From a virus: a stretch of DNA of 64,000 nucleotides. How positions within the stretch are numbered: the first letter of the stretch is position 1; every line of letters begins with the position of its first letter. Shown here piece by piece: positions 37,756 to 46,745 of this stretch. Both the position numbers and the translations under genes were made by a program. The DNA lies in the IMG/VR virus record IMGVR_UViG_3300047166_000016, positions 3,661 to 67,660 of that record, one strand, 5' to 3'. The notes under the pieces were generated by a model. It was not told the origin of the DNA. It saw nothing but the letters and a program-made list of their open reading frames with translations, and ran no database searches.

Positions 37756-39852
37756 TTATACCAACCAAATCCAGGGATCGCGCACCCCGACCAGTTCCCG
37801 GCCCATGAGTATCTGAACCGAGCGGACGAATGCCTTTTGCCGTGCCTCTTGCGACACGCTAGGCATTCTTTCATAGACTTTCCGCCGCAGCACATCCACC
37901 GCCACGCCCCGGGCATCTCCGGACGGGAGGCCAGACATGGGGGGAAGAATGGCCGATTCCGGGCTTGCCAGGACATCGCGCAGCGCCTGCAACACCAGGC
38001 CGGCGTGGCCGCCGATGTCGCGGCGCGGCCCCGGCTCATCCGCGCCCCCGCCGGCCGCCGCGTCTTCCAGCACCGGCACGAGGCTGGTCCGCGCCAGTCC
38101 GACCTGGACCTCCTCCATCGCGAAATTCAGCACCTGACCGCCTTCCGCGTCTTTCTGGTCCACCACGGACAGCCGCACCTGTTTGCCGTGCGCCGTTATG
38201 CGGTAGGCCGCGTCCCATGCGCCGCGCAGCGCCGACGTGCCCCGCGCGCCGCGTTCCCCGTCTTTGCCCTCGTGATGGATCAGCGCGACGCTGCAGCGCA
38301 TCGCGTCTTTGAGATAATCGCCGGCCGCGATGACGGACCCGACTTCTTGCGCGCTGTTTTCGTCGGCGCCGGGCATGGCACGCGCCAGGGTATCCACGAA
38401 CAGGAGCCGCATCGGAACGGCGCCGATCGTCTCGCGGATCGTGGCTTCGAGGGCGTTGACTTCGGCCGGAACGCGGAAATTGACGGCGCGCGGCACGATC
38501 CAGAACGGCACTTCGACGCCGATTCCGTATCTCGCGCGCATGGCACGGAGCCTGAGCGACAATCCGCCCGTGCCCTCGCCCGCGATGTAGACCACCGCGC
38601 CGGCCTGCACGGCATGGCCGAACCAGTCTCGCCCCGCCGCGACATGCAAACCGAGCGACAACATGATGAACGTCTTGCCTGCCTTGGGTGGCCCGTATGG
38701 CACCACGAGCGAGCGTTCCGGAACCAGTTTGTCCACCAGCCAAACGGGCGCCGGTAGCGCGTCCAGTTCGGCCAGGGACAGGATTTCGGCGCGCTTCGGC
38801 GCGGCTTCCAGGACCAGATCGACCTCTGGCATGTGCCACTTGGCACGCGCGCCTTCTATCGCCTTGGCGACCTCTCGGCGGGTCTGCTCATGAGTATAGC
38901 CGGGCATGGTCCAATCGGGCGCGTGCCCCAATATCTCGGCACTCGACCATCCCCGGCCCACCCAATGCGCCACGAGACGCACCACGTTGTTATGCCACTC
39001 GCGACCGGCCTTGATCGCGGCGAGGTAACTCGAAACGGTGGTGAGGCCGCTTGCCATGCCGAACGGCCCGGACATTGCCCCGGACATGCCGGACATCGGG
39101 CCGGGCGCATGTCCGTTAAGTCCGGCTCCGTGTCCGTTCAGGTGCCCGTTCGGCTTCGGGGTGGCTGCGTCATCGAGTTGTGGAAGTTGGCTTGTCAGCG
39201 CCGCGATGGGGTAATTCGCCGGCCTGGGATCGTCGGGAGACGGACGGACGAATTGCGTCACTTCCGGCTCGCGCCCCGGCTTCCAGGGCCACGCGATGGT
39301 GCCCGGGAGCCGCATGAGGCGGGTTGGGTTCACCACGGCCGGATCGCCGCCGTAGAGCCGGTGCAGCCGGACATTGAGTTGTCTGGTCAGGTCCGGGCTG
39401 GCGATAGGCTCGCTGCACCGGAACCAGTTCTGCACCCGGACATGCGGAACCGTGCCGGTGATGACCGAGGCGTTCGGCCGGACGATGGATTGCACCGTCC
39501 TGGCATGTTCCAGGTCTTCGATCTTGTCGATGTCCGACCAGATGCCGGGCGATTGCTCGAAGTCCAGATCGGTCGTGTATCCCGACGATGTGCCTCGCGG
39601 ATGCACCGTGGCGGCCCGGACGTAGCAGGCCTGGCCCGGCACCAGATTGGCCTGCACCGCGACGGCGGCGAGGGACGAAAGATCGTCGCGCTCGAATTGT
39701 TCGAAGTGGACCAGACCTCGGCCGCCCGCATCTAGCCACCCTATCTCGATTACGCCGCGGTTGGTGTTGCCGAACCACCATTGGCAGAACGCCACGATGG
39801 CGCCGGCATCGGGCGATAAGTCGCTATCCGGGCCGGCGTATGGACCCGGCAC
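37756..39852 (-). CDS. RepB-type primase fused to AAA_25 (RepA/RecA-like) helicase
   Basis: WSDID and GDPAVVNPTRLMRLPGT; Walker A GPPKAGKT; FVDTLAR, IHHEGK and RGTSAL motifs. Confidence 0.9.
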   Translation of the reverse strand: MPGPYAGPDSDLSPDAGAIVAFCQWWFGNTNRGVIEIGWLDAGGRGLVHFEQFERDDLSSLAAVAVQANLVPGQACYVRAATVHPRGTSSGYTTDLDFEQSPGIWSDIDKIEDLEHARTVQSIVRPNASVITGTVPHVRVQNWFRCSEPIASPDLTRQLNVRLHRLYGGDPAVVNPTRLMRLPGTIAWPWKPGREPEVTQFVRPSPDDPRPANYPIAALTSQLPQLDDAATPKPNGHLNGHGAGLNGHAPGPMSGMSGAMSGPFGMASGLTTVSSYLAAIKAGREWHNNVVRLVAHWVGRGWSSAEILGHAPDWTMPGYTHEQTRREVAKAIEGARAKWHMPEVDLVLEAAPKRAEILSLAELDALPAPVWLVDKLVPERSLVVPYGPPKAGKTFIMLSLGLHVAAGRDWFGHAVQAGAVVYIAGEGTGGLSLRLRAMRARYGIGVEVPFWIVPRAVNFRVPAEVNALEATIRETIGAVPMRLLFVDTLARAMPGADENSAQEVGSVIAAGDYLKDAMRCSVALIHHEGKDGERGARGTSALRGAWDAAYRITAHGKQVRLSVVDQKDAEGGQVLNFAMEEVQVGLARTSLVPVLEDAAAGGGADEPGPRRDIGGHAGLVLQALRDVLASPESAILPPMSGLPSGDARGVAVDVLRRKVYERMPSVSQEARQKAFVRSVQILMGRELVGVRDPWIWLV

Positions 39853-39855
39853 CTG

Positions 39856-40017
39856 TCAGGACGCGGAACGGTCGAGTTGCGCCAGCGCGGCCCGCTCCAG
39901 CCATTCGACCAGCTTCTGGCCCTTGGCTTGCCGGTCTTCCTCGATCGCGGCGCGAATCGATGGCCGGAACCGGATGTTGACAGCCTCGGTGCGCCTTTCT
40001 TCCGATCCTTCCCCCAC
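39856..40017 (-). CDS. Ribbon-helix-helix protein (53 aa, below the ORF-track cutoff)
   Basis: Translated by hand: MGEGSEERRTEAVNIRFRPSIRAAIEEDRQAKGQKLVEWLERAALAQLDRSAS. Confidence 0.65.
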   Translation of the reverse strand: MGEGSEERRTEAVNIRFRPSIRAAIEEDRQAKGQKLVEWLERAALAQLDRSAS

Positions 40018-40031
40018 GATTCCCCACCCCA

Positions 40032-40075
40032 CTACAATCGTAGGTTATCTACCGTCATCTACCATTTTCTGTCAA
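40032..40075 (-). promoter_or_regulatory. Promoter/operator for the replication operon
   Basis: TTGACA at 40070-40075; tandem GGTAGAT at 10-bp spacing; CTAC-N4-GTAG palindrome. Confidence 0.5.
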
Positions 40076-40125
40076 ATTCATGGAACCGCCCGGTATGCCG
40101 CGGCGTTATGGCGCGTTTTCGTGGC

Positions 40126-41241
40126 CTAGAACGGCAACGGATCGGGTTTCGGCGGTTCGCGGTAGCCTAGCGGGTAGGGAGTAATGGCGATCTTGTCGGC
40201 GGCTCTACTGATCGCGGTGTAGAGCCACGCCGAACGCTCCTCGCGTCGGAAGTATTCGTCGATCAGGACCACATTGCTCCATTCCGATCCTTGGGCTTTA
40301 TGCACCGTCATGGCATAGCCGAAGTCGAACGAAGTCGTCGGTTCCACGTGATCCGGGACGGCGCTTTTCAGACCTCGGAACACGACGAACGGCACCGCGA
40401 CCGATTTGCCGTCCAAATCGATGTGGATGGTATGATCGCCTTCCAGGAACGGCTGTTCCAGCGTGTAGACCGCGCCGTTGAAAATCCCGAATTGCGGCGC
40501 GTTCCGCGTACACATAACGGGTTCGCCCTCGCGCGGCGCGGGATGGATGTATCCCCGGATCGTCCTGGCGTGCCAGTTCGCCGCGTCCTTGGTCGCGTTG
40601 GTAAAGCAAAGGATGACGTCGACCAGGACAACTTCCTCGTCTGTGAGGGGCCGCTTAAGCACCCGGAACGCATCGCCGTCGTCCAGGTAGTGTTCGCCCC
40701 GCCTGACGCGGTGCGCCTGCCGGATAATCGAGCTTTCCAACGCCTGCCGGTGGATCGTCTTCAGTTCGATATCGGCATCCAGGAAAAATCGTTTGCCCGT
40801 CACGGGCGGGAGTTGCCCCGGATCGCCGCACGCCACGATCTTCGCCCCGGTGTTGATTATGTCCAGCGCCAGTTCGCGGTTGAGCATCGAGGATTCGTCG
40901 AGCAGCACGATCTTGTCCGCGAGCTGACCCCGTTCGTGCTGCACCTTGAATCGCAGCACGTTGCGCCCGCGCTGGTCTTTTCTGGCTTCTTCGAGTTGGT
41001 AGAACGCGGAATGCACGGTGCATGCCGGAAGGCCGGTCTTGCGCCGCAATACCGACGCCGCTTTGCCGGTAAGGGTGCATAAGATCGCGGTCGGAACATC
41101 GGCGGCGATCTCGGCCAGAACAGTGGTCTTGCCCGTTCCGGCCAAGCCCTGCATCGATATGGTTTGGGTGTCGCGCTCGCCCAAAAAGTCGAAAATGCGT
41201 GCCGTCGCGGCTTCCTGTTCGTCGCTCAAGATAACAGACAT
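40126..41241 (-). CDS. RecD/Dda-like SF1B helicase
   Basis: GLAGTGKTT, LDESSM, GDPGQLPPV, YAMTVHKAQGSEW and YTAISRA motifs. Confidence 0.92.
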   Translation of the reverse strand: MSVILSDEQEAATARIFDFLGERDTQTISMQGLAGTGKTTVLAEIAADVPTAILCTLTGKAASVLRRKTGLPACTVHSAFYQLEEARKDQRGRNVLRFKVQHERGQLADKIVLLDESSMLNRELALDIINTGAKIVACGDPGQLPPVTGKRFFLDADIELKTIHRQALESSIIRQAHRVRRGEHYLDDGDAFRVLKRPLTDEEVVLVDVILCFTNATKDAANWHARTIRGYIHPAPREGEPVMCTRNAPQFGIFNGAVYTLEQPFLEGDHTIHIDLDGKSVAVPFVVFRGLKSAVPDHVEPTTSFDFGYAMTVHKAQGSEWSNVVLIDEYFRREERSAWLYTAISRAADKIAITPYPLGYREPPKPDPLPF

Positions 41242-41298
41242 GGCTCCCCCTTCCGGCCCCGCTTGTGGCAGGGCCGGTTCTGGCGGTTAACGATGGTG

Positions 41299-42015
41299 TT
41301 AGAAGGGCATCGCCGCGGGCCTGGCGGCCTGCGGTGCGGCGTTGGAAGCCGCCACGGGTGCGGCGGCGGGTGCCGCAAGCGTCGGCTGCTGCACCGGAAC
41401 CACGACAGGAGCGGCGTGGCCGTTCCCCGCGCCCGGCACGGGCACGGTGCGAGGCCCGAGAACGTCGGGACGATCGACCCACGCCACGACCTGAAATACG
41501 GGTTGGAAGTTGGTCGATTGTCCGGCTTTGACGCCGATCACATTGACCATCTTCACCACCGGTATCTTGCCGGTTCGTGCCTCGGCGGACGCCTCGTAAA
41601 CGGTATGAAGCTCGTTCATTCCGGTAATCATCGCACCGCTGTTGCCGGCCAGTTCGCGCACGCCGCCGATGGCATTGCCGGCCACCGGAACGCGGAAGCC
41701 CTGCCGGAAAGCGAGCGGTTTGCCTTTTTCGTCGTTGCCGGGCGATGGAGGTTGCGCCGGAACCTGCTGGCCGTAAGGCACCATGACCCATTGCGGAGCC
41801 GCGCCCTTGGTAAAGTGCGTCCAGCCGATTTCCAGCCGACCGAAATCCACCGCGAAGGCGGGCTGAGACATGGTGACGTCTTCTTCGCTCGCTTCCCAAT
41901 CGCCGTTGGGCGTTTGGGTGCGGTTTCGCACGAACAGGCGCCCGGCCTTGGCATTGTATGCCAGGATCGGGGTAAAGTCGCCGCTCGCGCTCGGGGGAGG
42001 GTTCATAAAAGCCAT
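41299..42015 (-). CDS. Conserved replication-module protein, possibly ssDNA-binding
   Basis: AAGGA RBS; beta-rich core with Pro/Ala tail ending PF; next to the helicase. Confidence 0.55.
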   Translation of the reverse strand: MAFMNPPPSASGDFTPILAYNAKAGRLFVRNRTQTPNGDWEASEEDVTMSQPAFAVDFGRLEIGWTHFTKGAAPQWVMVPYGQQVPAQPPSPGNDEKGKPLAFRQGFRVPVAGNAIGGVRELAGNSGAMITGMNELHTVYEASAEARTGKIPVVKMVNVIGVKAGQSTNFQPVFQVVAWVDRPDVLGPRTVPVPGAGNGHAAPVVVPVQQPTLAAPAAAPVAASNAAPQAARPAAMPF

Positions 42016-42044
42016 TGTCGTTCGTTCCTTGGTTCGGTTAACGG

Positions 42045-42578
42045 TTAAGTGCGATCGCTCGGAGCGGATCGCCCGTGCTCATGCGGAAAGTTCAACACAG
42101 CGAACTCTCCGTATTTCTTGACGGCGGCGGCATCGTAAGCGCGCGCCGCATCCTCGGGGGAAGAAAAACAATCGATGTAACCGCCGCGCCCGCATTTCGC
42201 GATCCATCTATTGGGCGACGATTGCGACACGCCTCGAAACGGGCTTTTGTTTCTTACTCTCGGAGAATTGGACAGGTTTTGTCCGCGTGTGGCGAGACGC
42301 AGGTTCTCGCGCCGATTATCCAGGGTATCGTCTATGCGGATATGATCCACGTCGATGCCTGGGGGCGCATCCAAGATAACGCGGTGCATGTAAAGCATGA
42401 CATGCCTGCGCGCGCCGTCTATGATTTGGTGAGTTGCGGCCGTAGCGTAGACTTTCTTTTTCTTCTTGCCCACCACGCAACGTCGCCAGGATCGGCCGCA
42501 GACTTTCAGGTAATCGCGGCAATCGACCAGTGCGACACCGCCGTTCGTCAGTTCGACTTCTAGTGGGGGAAATGGCAT
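42045..42578 (-). CDS. HNH endonuclease with AP2 domain
   Basis: MHRVIL...VDHI...LDNRRENLR; EDAARAYDAAA...GEFAVLNFP. Confidence 0.92.
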   Translation of the reverse strand: MPFPPLEVELTNGGVALVDCRDYLKVCGRSWRRCVVGKKKKKVYATAATHQIIDGARRHVMLYMHRVILDAPPGIDVDHIRIDDTLDNRRENLRLATRGQNLSNSPRVRNKSPFRGVSQSSPNRWIAKCGRGGYIDCFSSPEDAARAYDAAAVKKYGEFAVLNFPHEHGRSAPSDRT

Positions 42579-42626
42579 TCGTTCGGTCTTTCAGTTGAGC
42601 ATTCGTTTGGGTGTTGGCCCACGGGA

Positions 42627-42655
42627 TTTATACTTGTTTCGTTCGATTCTGTCTA
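42627..42655 (-). promoter_or_regulatory. Sigma70-like promoter for the HNH gene
   Basis: TAGACA-N17-TATAAA. Confidence 0.55.
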
Positions 42656-42763
42656 CTGCCTCCCTGTCCGAGCCGGGCGGCATCGCTCATGCGGTCCCGT
42701 GGGACCGTATCTTGTTAGCGGGCGTCGTCCACCGCGACCTTCCGAGCCGCGCCGACCGGGCGT

Positions 42764-42955
42764 TTAAGAACCGTGTTCGGCCGGTTCTTTCCCGCGCTCA
42801 TCGCAGACCGATTGCGCGGCATCTATCCAGGAGTGACGGCATCCATCCGCTTCAAGTCGTTCGCGGCACGCTCGCAAAGTGTGGCCCACCATGCGCCATT
42901 CGGCGCATGTTATTTCTTCGGGCGTCATCGAGGCGATCCTTTGTGCGAAAGTCAT
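42764..42955 (-). CDS. Hypothetical protein
   Basis: ATGA overlap. Confidence 0.5.
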   Translation of the reverse strand: MTFAQRIASMTPEEITCAEWRMVGHTLRACRERLEADGCRHSWIDAAQSVCDERGKEPAEHGS

Positions 42956-43710
42956 CTGTTCGACACCTTCGGCGCGTTGTAAACTCTAAGACCGTCGATC
43001 TGCCGCGCGCCTTGTTTGATCGCGAGCTTCACCGCCGCATCGTTGATTTGCAACAGATGACGGGCAACTTTCGAGAGATCGACAACCTCGTATTGCCAGT
43101 TGTCGCGCTGGCTTATCAACGTGCCGGACATCGATCTGGTGCGACTCAGTTCGAGCGTGGAGGCCGTCGCGACCTGCGCCGCCTGTTCCGCCTCGGCGTA
43201 GACCTGAACCGCCGCCTCGATGGTCTCCGGCTCGGCATTCAGCGCCGCTTCGGCCATGAGGCGTTGCGCTTCCAGTTCTTTCGCCGCCGCTTCCGCTTCC
43301 GCCTGTTTCCTGATCCGCTCGGCACGCAGCGTTAGGTATGCGTTCTGACGTGCCGCGATGGAGTTGACCACACCGTTCAGAGAATCGACGATAGATTTCT
43401 TGCCGCCGTCGATCATGCGTTGCGCGGCCAGGACCGGCTTCTTGATCTTCTCGTGCGTCTTATCGAGCGCCTTCAGTTCGTCCGCGACCTGTTTGACCGC
43501 ATCGCCAGCACGGGTCAGCACATCGTCGGACTGTATCCCGTCCGGCGTGGCGGCGAGAAAGCGCGCGTGCATCGCCAGGAAACCGGCTTCCTGCGACTTG
43601 TGCTCGGCATACTCGTAATCGAGATAAGCCTGTAGCTTGTCCGGCGCGAGTGCGGTGTCGAGATCGAGTTGCGGTGTGTTGCCTCCCGGCACGGCGATAA
43701 TTTCGGACAT
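42952..43710 (-). CDS. Coiled-coil Gam/Gp157-like protein
   Basis: Long coiled coil ending W.YEVVDLSKV...IKQGARQIDGLRVY. Confidence 0.65.
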   Translation of the reverse strand: MSEIIAVPGGNTPQLDLDTALAPDKLQAYLDYEYAEHKSQEAGFLAMHARFLAATPDGIQSDDVLTRAGDAVKQVADELKALDKTHEKIKKPVLAAQRMIDGGKKSIVDSLNGVVNSIAARQNAYLTLRAERIRKQAEAEAAAKELEAQRLMAEAALNAEPETIEAAVQVYAEAEQAAQVATASTLELSRTRSMSGTLISQRDNWQYEVVDLSKVARHLLQINDAAVKLAIKQGARQIDGLRVYNAPKVSNR

Positions 43711-43719
43711 TGTTCGCTC

Positions 43720-43992
43720 CTAAAACGGTTTCGCGGCATGACGCCAATCGATCGCGACTTCGGGCGCGGCCGGCGCGTTGGCGAGAAGATCGTTGTATCG
43801 TGCCTCGTCGATCCGTTCGCCCGATTGCCAGATGCGTTCCACGTCGCCGGGCGCCCCGTTGATTTCTCCGATCAGCATTCCCATGCGCCGCACGATCCGG
43901 GCCGCGACTATCGGGCCGCCTTTGACCAGCCGCATCGCGACGTGGCACGGTTCGGGCGCGTCGATGCGCCGCGGCGGTTGTTTACGGTTCAT
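43720..43992 (-). CDS. Hypothetical protein
   Basis: RLVKGGPIVAARI motif. Confidence 0.6.
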   Translation of the reverse strand: MNRKQPPRRIDAPEPCHVAMRLVKGGPIVAARIVRRMGMLIGEINGAPGDVERIWQSGERIDEARYNDLLANAPAAPEVAIDWRHAAKPF

Positions 43993-44073
43993 CGAAATAA
44001 CGCCCCACCGCCCCGATCCCGGCGCACGCGGCGACCGCGAGCGCGACGATGGCCCAGCCGAGGATAAGGTGTG

Positions 44074-44433
44074 TCATGCCACGTAACCCCGCAAATCGAG
44101 CCTCGGCACGCCAATCCTCACGGCCTGGTCGAAGCAATCGTCGGTCCCGACATTGCCGGGAAACGCGACAAGCAAATCGGGCATTCCCTCGGTCAGCATC
44201 CGGCGATTGCGGATCGGCCCGGCCGCTTTGCCTTGCGCGATCCACAACGCCTGATACCGCAGCGTCGGAATGCCGCGTTCCCTGGCCCATTCCCTGGCGT
44301 GCCAGTCCGCGCCTCGCGCGCCTCCCTGGATGACGCACGCGATCTTTTGTTCGGCGTGCAGGTCGTCCAGGACACGGTAGACATGCGCCTTGTCGGCATA
44401 GTCCCGGCCTCCGGTGACGGCGACACGGATCAT
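44074..44433 (-). CDS. DUF2493 / SLOG (YspA-like) protein
   Basis: VTGGRDY, GGARGAD, AGPIRNRRM and AFPG..GT motifs. Confidence 0.88.
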   Translation of the reverse strand: MIRVAVTGGRDYADKAHVYRVLDDLHAEQKIACVIQGGARGADWHAREWARERGIPTLRYQALWIAQGKAAGPIRNRRMLTEGMPDLLVAFPGNVGTDDCFDQAVRIGVPRLDLRGYVA

Positions 44434-44645
44434 GGCTTATTTCTTAACTTCTTCGCCGCATCGCGGAGCAGATGTATTTCGCGCTGCAACAGCGCTATCG
44501 CGACCTCCGCCGCAGCCTCCCCGGCATCGACCGCCATCGCCGCCGTCAGCATCTCCGCGACCATTTGGCCGCATCGACCGTCTTCCACGCGCCGGTCCAG
44601 GTGCCGCATCGCTGCGGTGACGCGCGGGTCGTCGGGTCCGATCAT
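44430..44645 (-). CDS. Hypothetical protein
   Basis: ATGA overlap. Confidence 0.5.
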   Translation of the reverse strand: MIGPDDPRVTAAMRHLDRRVEDGRCGQMVAEMLTAAMAVDAGEAAAEVAIALLQREIHLLRDAAKKLRNKP

Positions 44646-44685
44646 GGCTGGCCGATCCGGGCCAGGAGTTCATCGATTGTCTCGC

Positions 44686-44877
44686 TCATTGTTTCACCCT
44701 CCGATATGACTTCTCGATGCCGAGCGCGGCGAGCAACAACGGCCCCGGCGGCTTATCGATCCGCAGGACTTCGTTGACGTAAGCAAGCGATATACCGTGT
44801 GCCTTTGCCCACGCCGCCTGCGAACCGGCCTTGCGGCATTCGTCGCGAAGCAGTTGTTTGACTTGTTCCTCGGTCAT
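44686..44877 (-). CDS. Cro-like HTH regulator
   Basis: GSQAAWAKAHGISLAYVNEVL; divergent from the ParB-like gene. Confidence 0.75.
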   Translation of the reverse strand: MTEEQVKQLLRDECRKAGSQAAWAKAHGISLAYVNEVLRIDKPPGPLLLAALGIEKSYRRVKQ

Positions 44878-44953
44878 GTTCGCTATATCGCTTATTCGCT
44901 ATTGCGCGTCAACCCCCACGGTGTTATATTTTTTCGGAACGCAGGAGGACGCC

Positions 44954-45730
44954 ATGCCAAACCGCCATAGCGCAGACATTTTCGACATCGCGCCGGAAGA
45001 TATCCGCGTGATTCCCGGTTTCAATTACCGCGACATTTCGACGCCTGCCGTCCAGGCGAAAATTCGCGAGGGCGCGAACACGATGCTTAATCCGGCGGTG
45101 CGGTTCATCCGCTCCAAGCCGCTGACCTTGAAAAAGATCGACGGCGAGATGTGTCTGATAGACGGGCATTGCCGCCTGGAGATGGTGAAACTGGCGAATA
45201 GCGAAGGGGCCGGTATCGTCTCGGTGCCTTACTTGTTGGAGCCGCGCGGCACCGATGAGATCGACCGTGCCTATACCATGTTTAGCACCGGAACGCCTTT
45301 ATCCGTGCTGGATAAGGTTCGCGGCGTCAAAGACCTACTTGGTCGCGGCCAGACCATCGAAGATATCGCGGCACGTCTCGGCGTGTCGGCGACGACGGTC
45401 AATTCCTGGCTCGATCTGGCCGAAGCGCCCGCCGAGATCGTCCAGGCCGTCACGGGCGGCGAAATCAGTGCGACCGAGGCGAACCGGATCGTCAAGGTTA
45501 ACGGCAGTCACGCCGGCGAAGTCTTGGCCGCCGCGCGCGACGTGGCCCGCGCCGATGGCAGGGAGCGCGTCAGGCCGCGCGACGTGGCGAAGGTATCTCA
45601 AGGTAGGGCAGAGCCAGTGAGCGTCCATACACTTGCCCTGGCCGTGGCAGCGGCGTGGCGCGAGGCGAATAACGGGATGACAACCGAATTGCGGTATGCG
45701 TTGTGCGCGTTGGCGGATCGGATCGGGTAA
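44954..45730 (+). CDS. ParB/Srx-like protein with HTH
   Basis: GGAGG RBS; GFNYR and LIDGHCRL motifs; TIEDIAARLGVSATTV. Confidence 0.8.
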   Translation: MPNRHSADIFDIAPEDIRVIPGFNYRDISTPAVQAKIREGANTMLNPAVRFIRSKPLTLKKIDGEMCLIDGHCRLEMVKLANSEGAGIVSVPYLLEPRGTDEIDRAYTMFSTGTPLSVLDKVRGVKDLLGRGQTIEDIAARLGVSATTVNSWLDLAEAPAEIVQAVTGGEISATEANRIVKVNGSHAGEVLAAARDVARADGRERVRPRDVAKVSQGRAEPVSVHTLALAVAAAWREANNGMTTELRYALCALADRIG

Positions 45731-45751
45731 GGTCAACCCCCGCCGCGCGCG

Positions 45752-46552
45752 TCATGGGCGATAGGTGCGGGCGATCCAGCGCGACAGCGGGAGCGGGATT
45801 TTCGCGATCTGCGCAGAGGCGGCTTTGCGGGCCGTGGATTTGCTTGTGTGCTGGCGCATGAGCGACGGGTTATCCGAACCGAACCAGCCGCCGCCGCATT
45901 TCGTGCCCTCCACGCTCGCCGTTTGAAACGAGCGCCCGCTGCCGTCGAAGCGGAAGCCAGGAACCTTCGCGCCGTCCTCCCCTCGATTGGTCCATCTTGG
46001 CGGAGAATTTCCGTTACGGATTGCTTCGTTCACTTCGGGTGGTATCTTGGTCCATTGCCCGCGCCGCCTGATCGGCATGAGCGCGGGCACGTCGCCCCAC
46101 AAAGCGAAACTGCCCCACAGCCAGCGTGCCCGTCCGACCCACGGCTGCGCGCCCCTTACATTCTCCACCACCATCGGAATATGCCGCCCCGCCGCCTCGC
46201 ACGCCTCGCGCTGAATGCGGAAGCAGGCATCGAACAGGCGTGTCAGATCGGCCATCGCCTGGCCCGTCGTATCGGCGCGGATCGCGGCGGCTTTGGCTTT
46301 GGCGCGGGACCAGGGCATCGCCATGTAGCTGTATTCTTGGCAAGGCGGGCTTGCGACGATCAGCGCGGCCTCGCGGAACTGCGAGCCGTGCAACGTCAGC
46401 ACATCCTGGACCACAAGTTGCGCGGGGTAGCATTGATCGCCGTAAACGTGCCGCTCTATGTCGAACCCTATCACGACGTATCCCTCGGCAAGAAATCCTT
46501 CCGTCCAACCGCCAAGCCCAGCATAGAGGTCGATAGCGAGCGGCTTACGCAT
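45752..46552 (-). CDS. DNA cytosine-5 methyltransferase
   Basis: IDLYAGLGG, ASPPCQEYS and VENV motifs. Confidence 0.85.
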   Translation of the reverse strand: MRKPLAIDLYAGLGGWTEGFLAEGYVVIGFDIERHVYGDQCYPAQLVVQDVLTLHGSQFREAALIVASPPCQEYSYMAMPWSRAKAKAAAIRADTTGQAMADLTRLFDACFRIQREACEAAGRHIPMVVENVRGAQPWVGRARWLWGSFALWGDVPALMPIRRRGQWTKIPPEVNEAIRNGNSPPRWTNRGEDGAKVPGFRFDGSGRSFQTASVEGTKCGGGWFGSDNPSLMRQHTSKSTARKAASAQIAKIPLPLSRWIARTYRP

Positions 46553-46745
46553 CCCCCGCCACCCGCTCCACCCGCACCGTCGCGGGCTGATTCGTGGACC
46601 ACGCCGCGTAGCAGGCGGCGAAATCGTCGCACCACCATCGGAACACTTCGGTCGATGCGTCGGGCGGGTTGTGCTCCCATCGCACCGTCGCGGGCCGGCC
46701 GCATCGGGTGCATGGGCGGTAAGGCAACGGATCAATCGGCGGCAT
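46545..46745 (-). CDS. Small Cys-rich protein
   Basis: CTRC...WCDD...C; overlaps both neighbours. Confidence 0.45.
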   Translation of the reverse strand: MPPIDPLPYRPCTRCGRPATVRWEHNPPDASTEVFRWWCDDFAACYAAWSTNQPATVRVERVAGDA

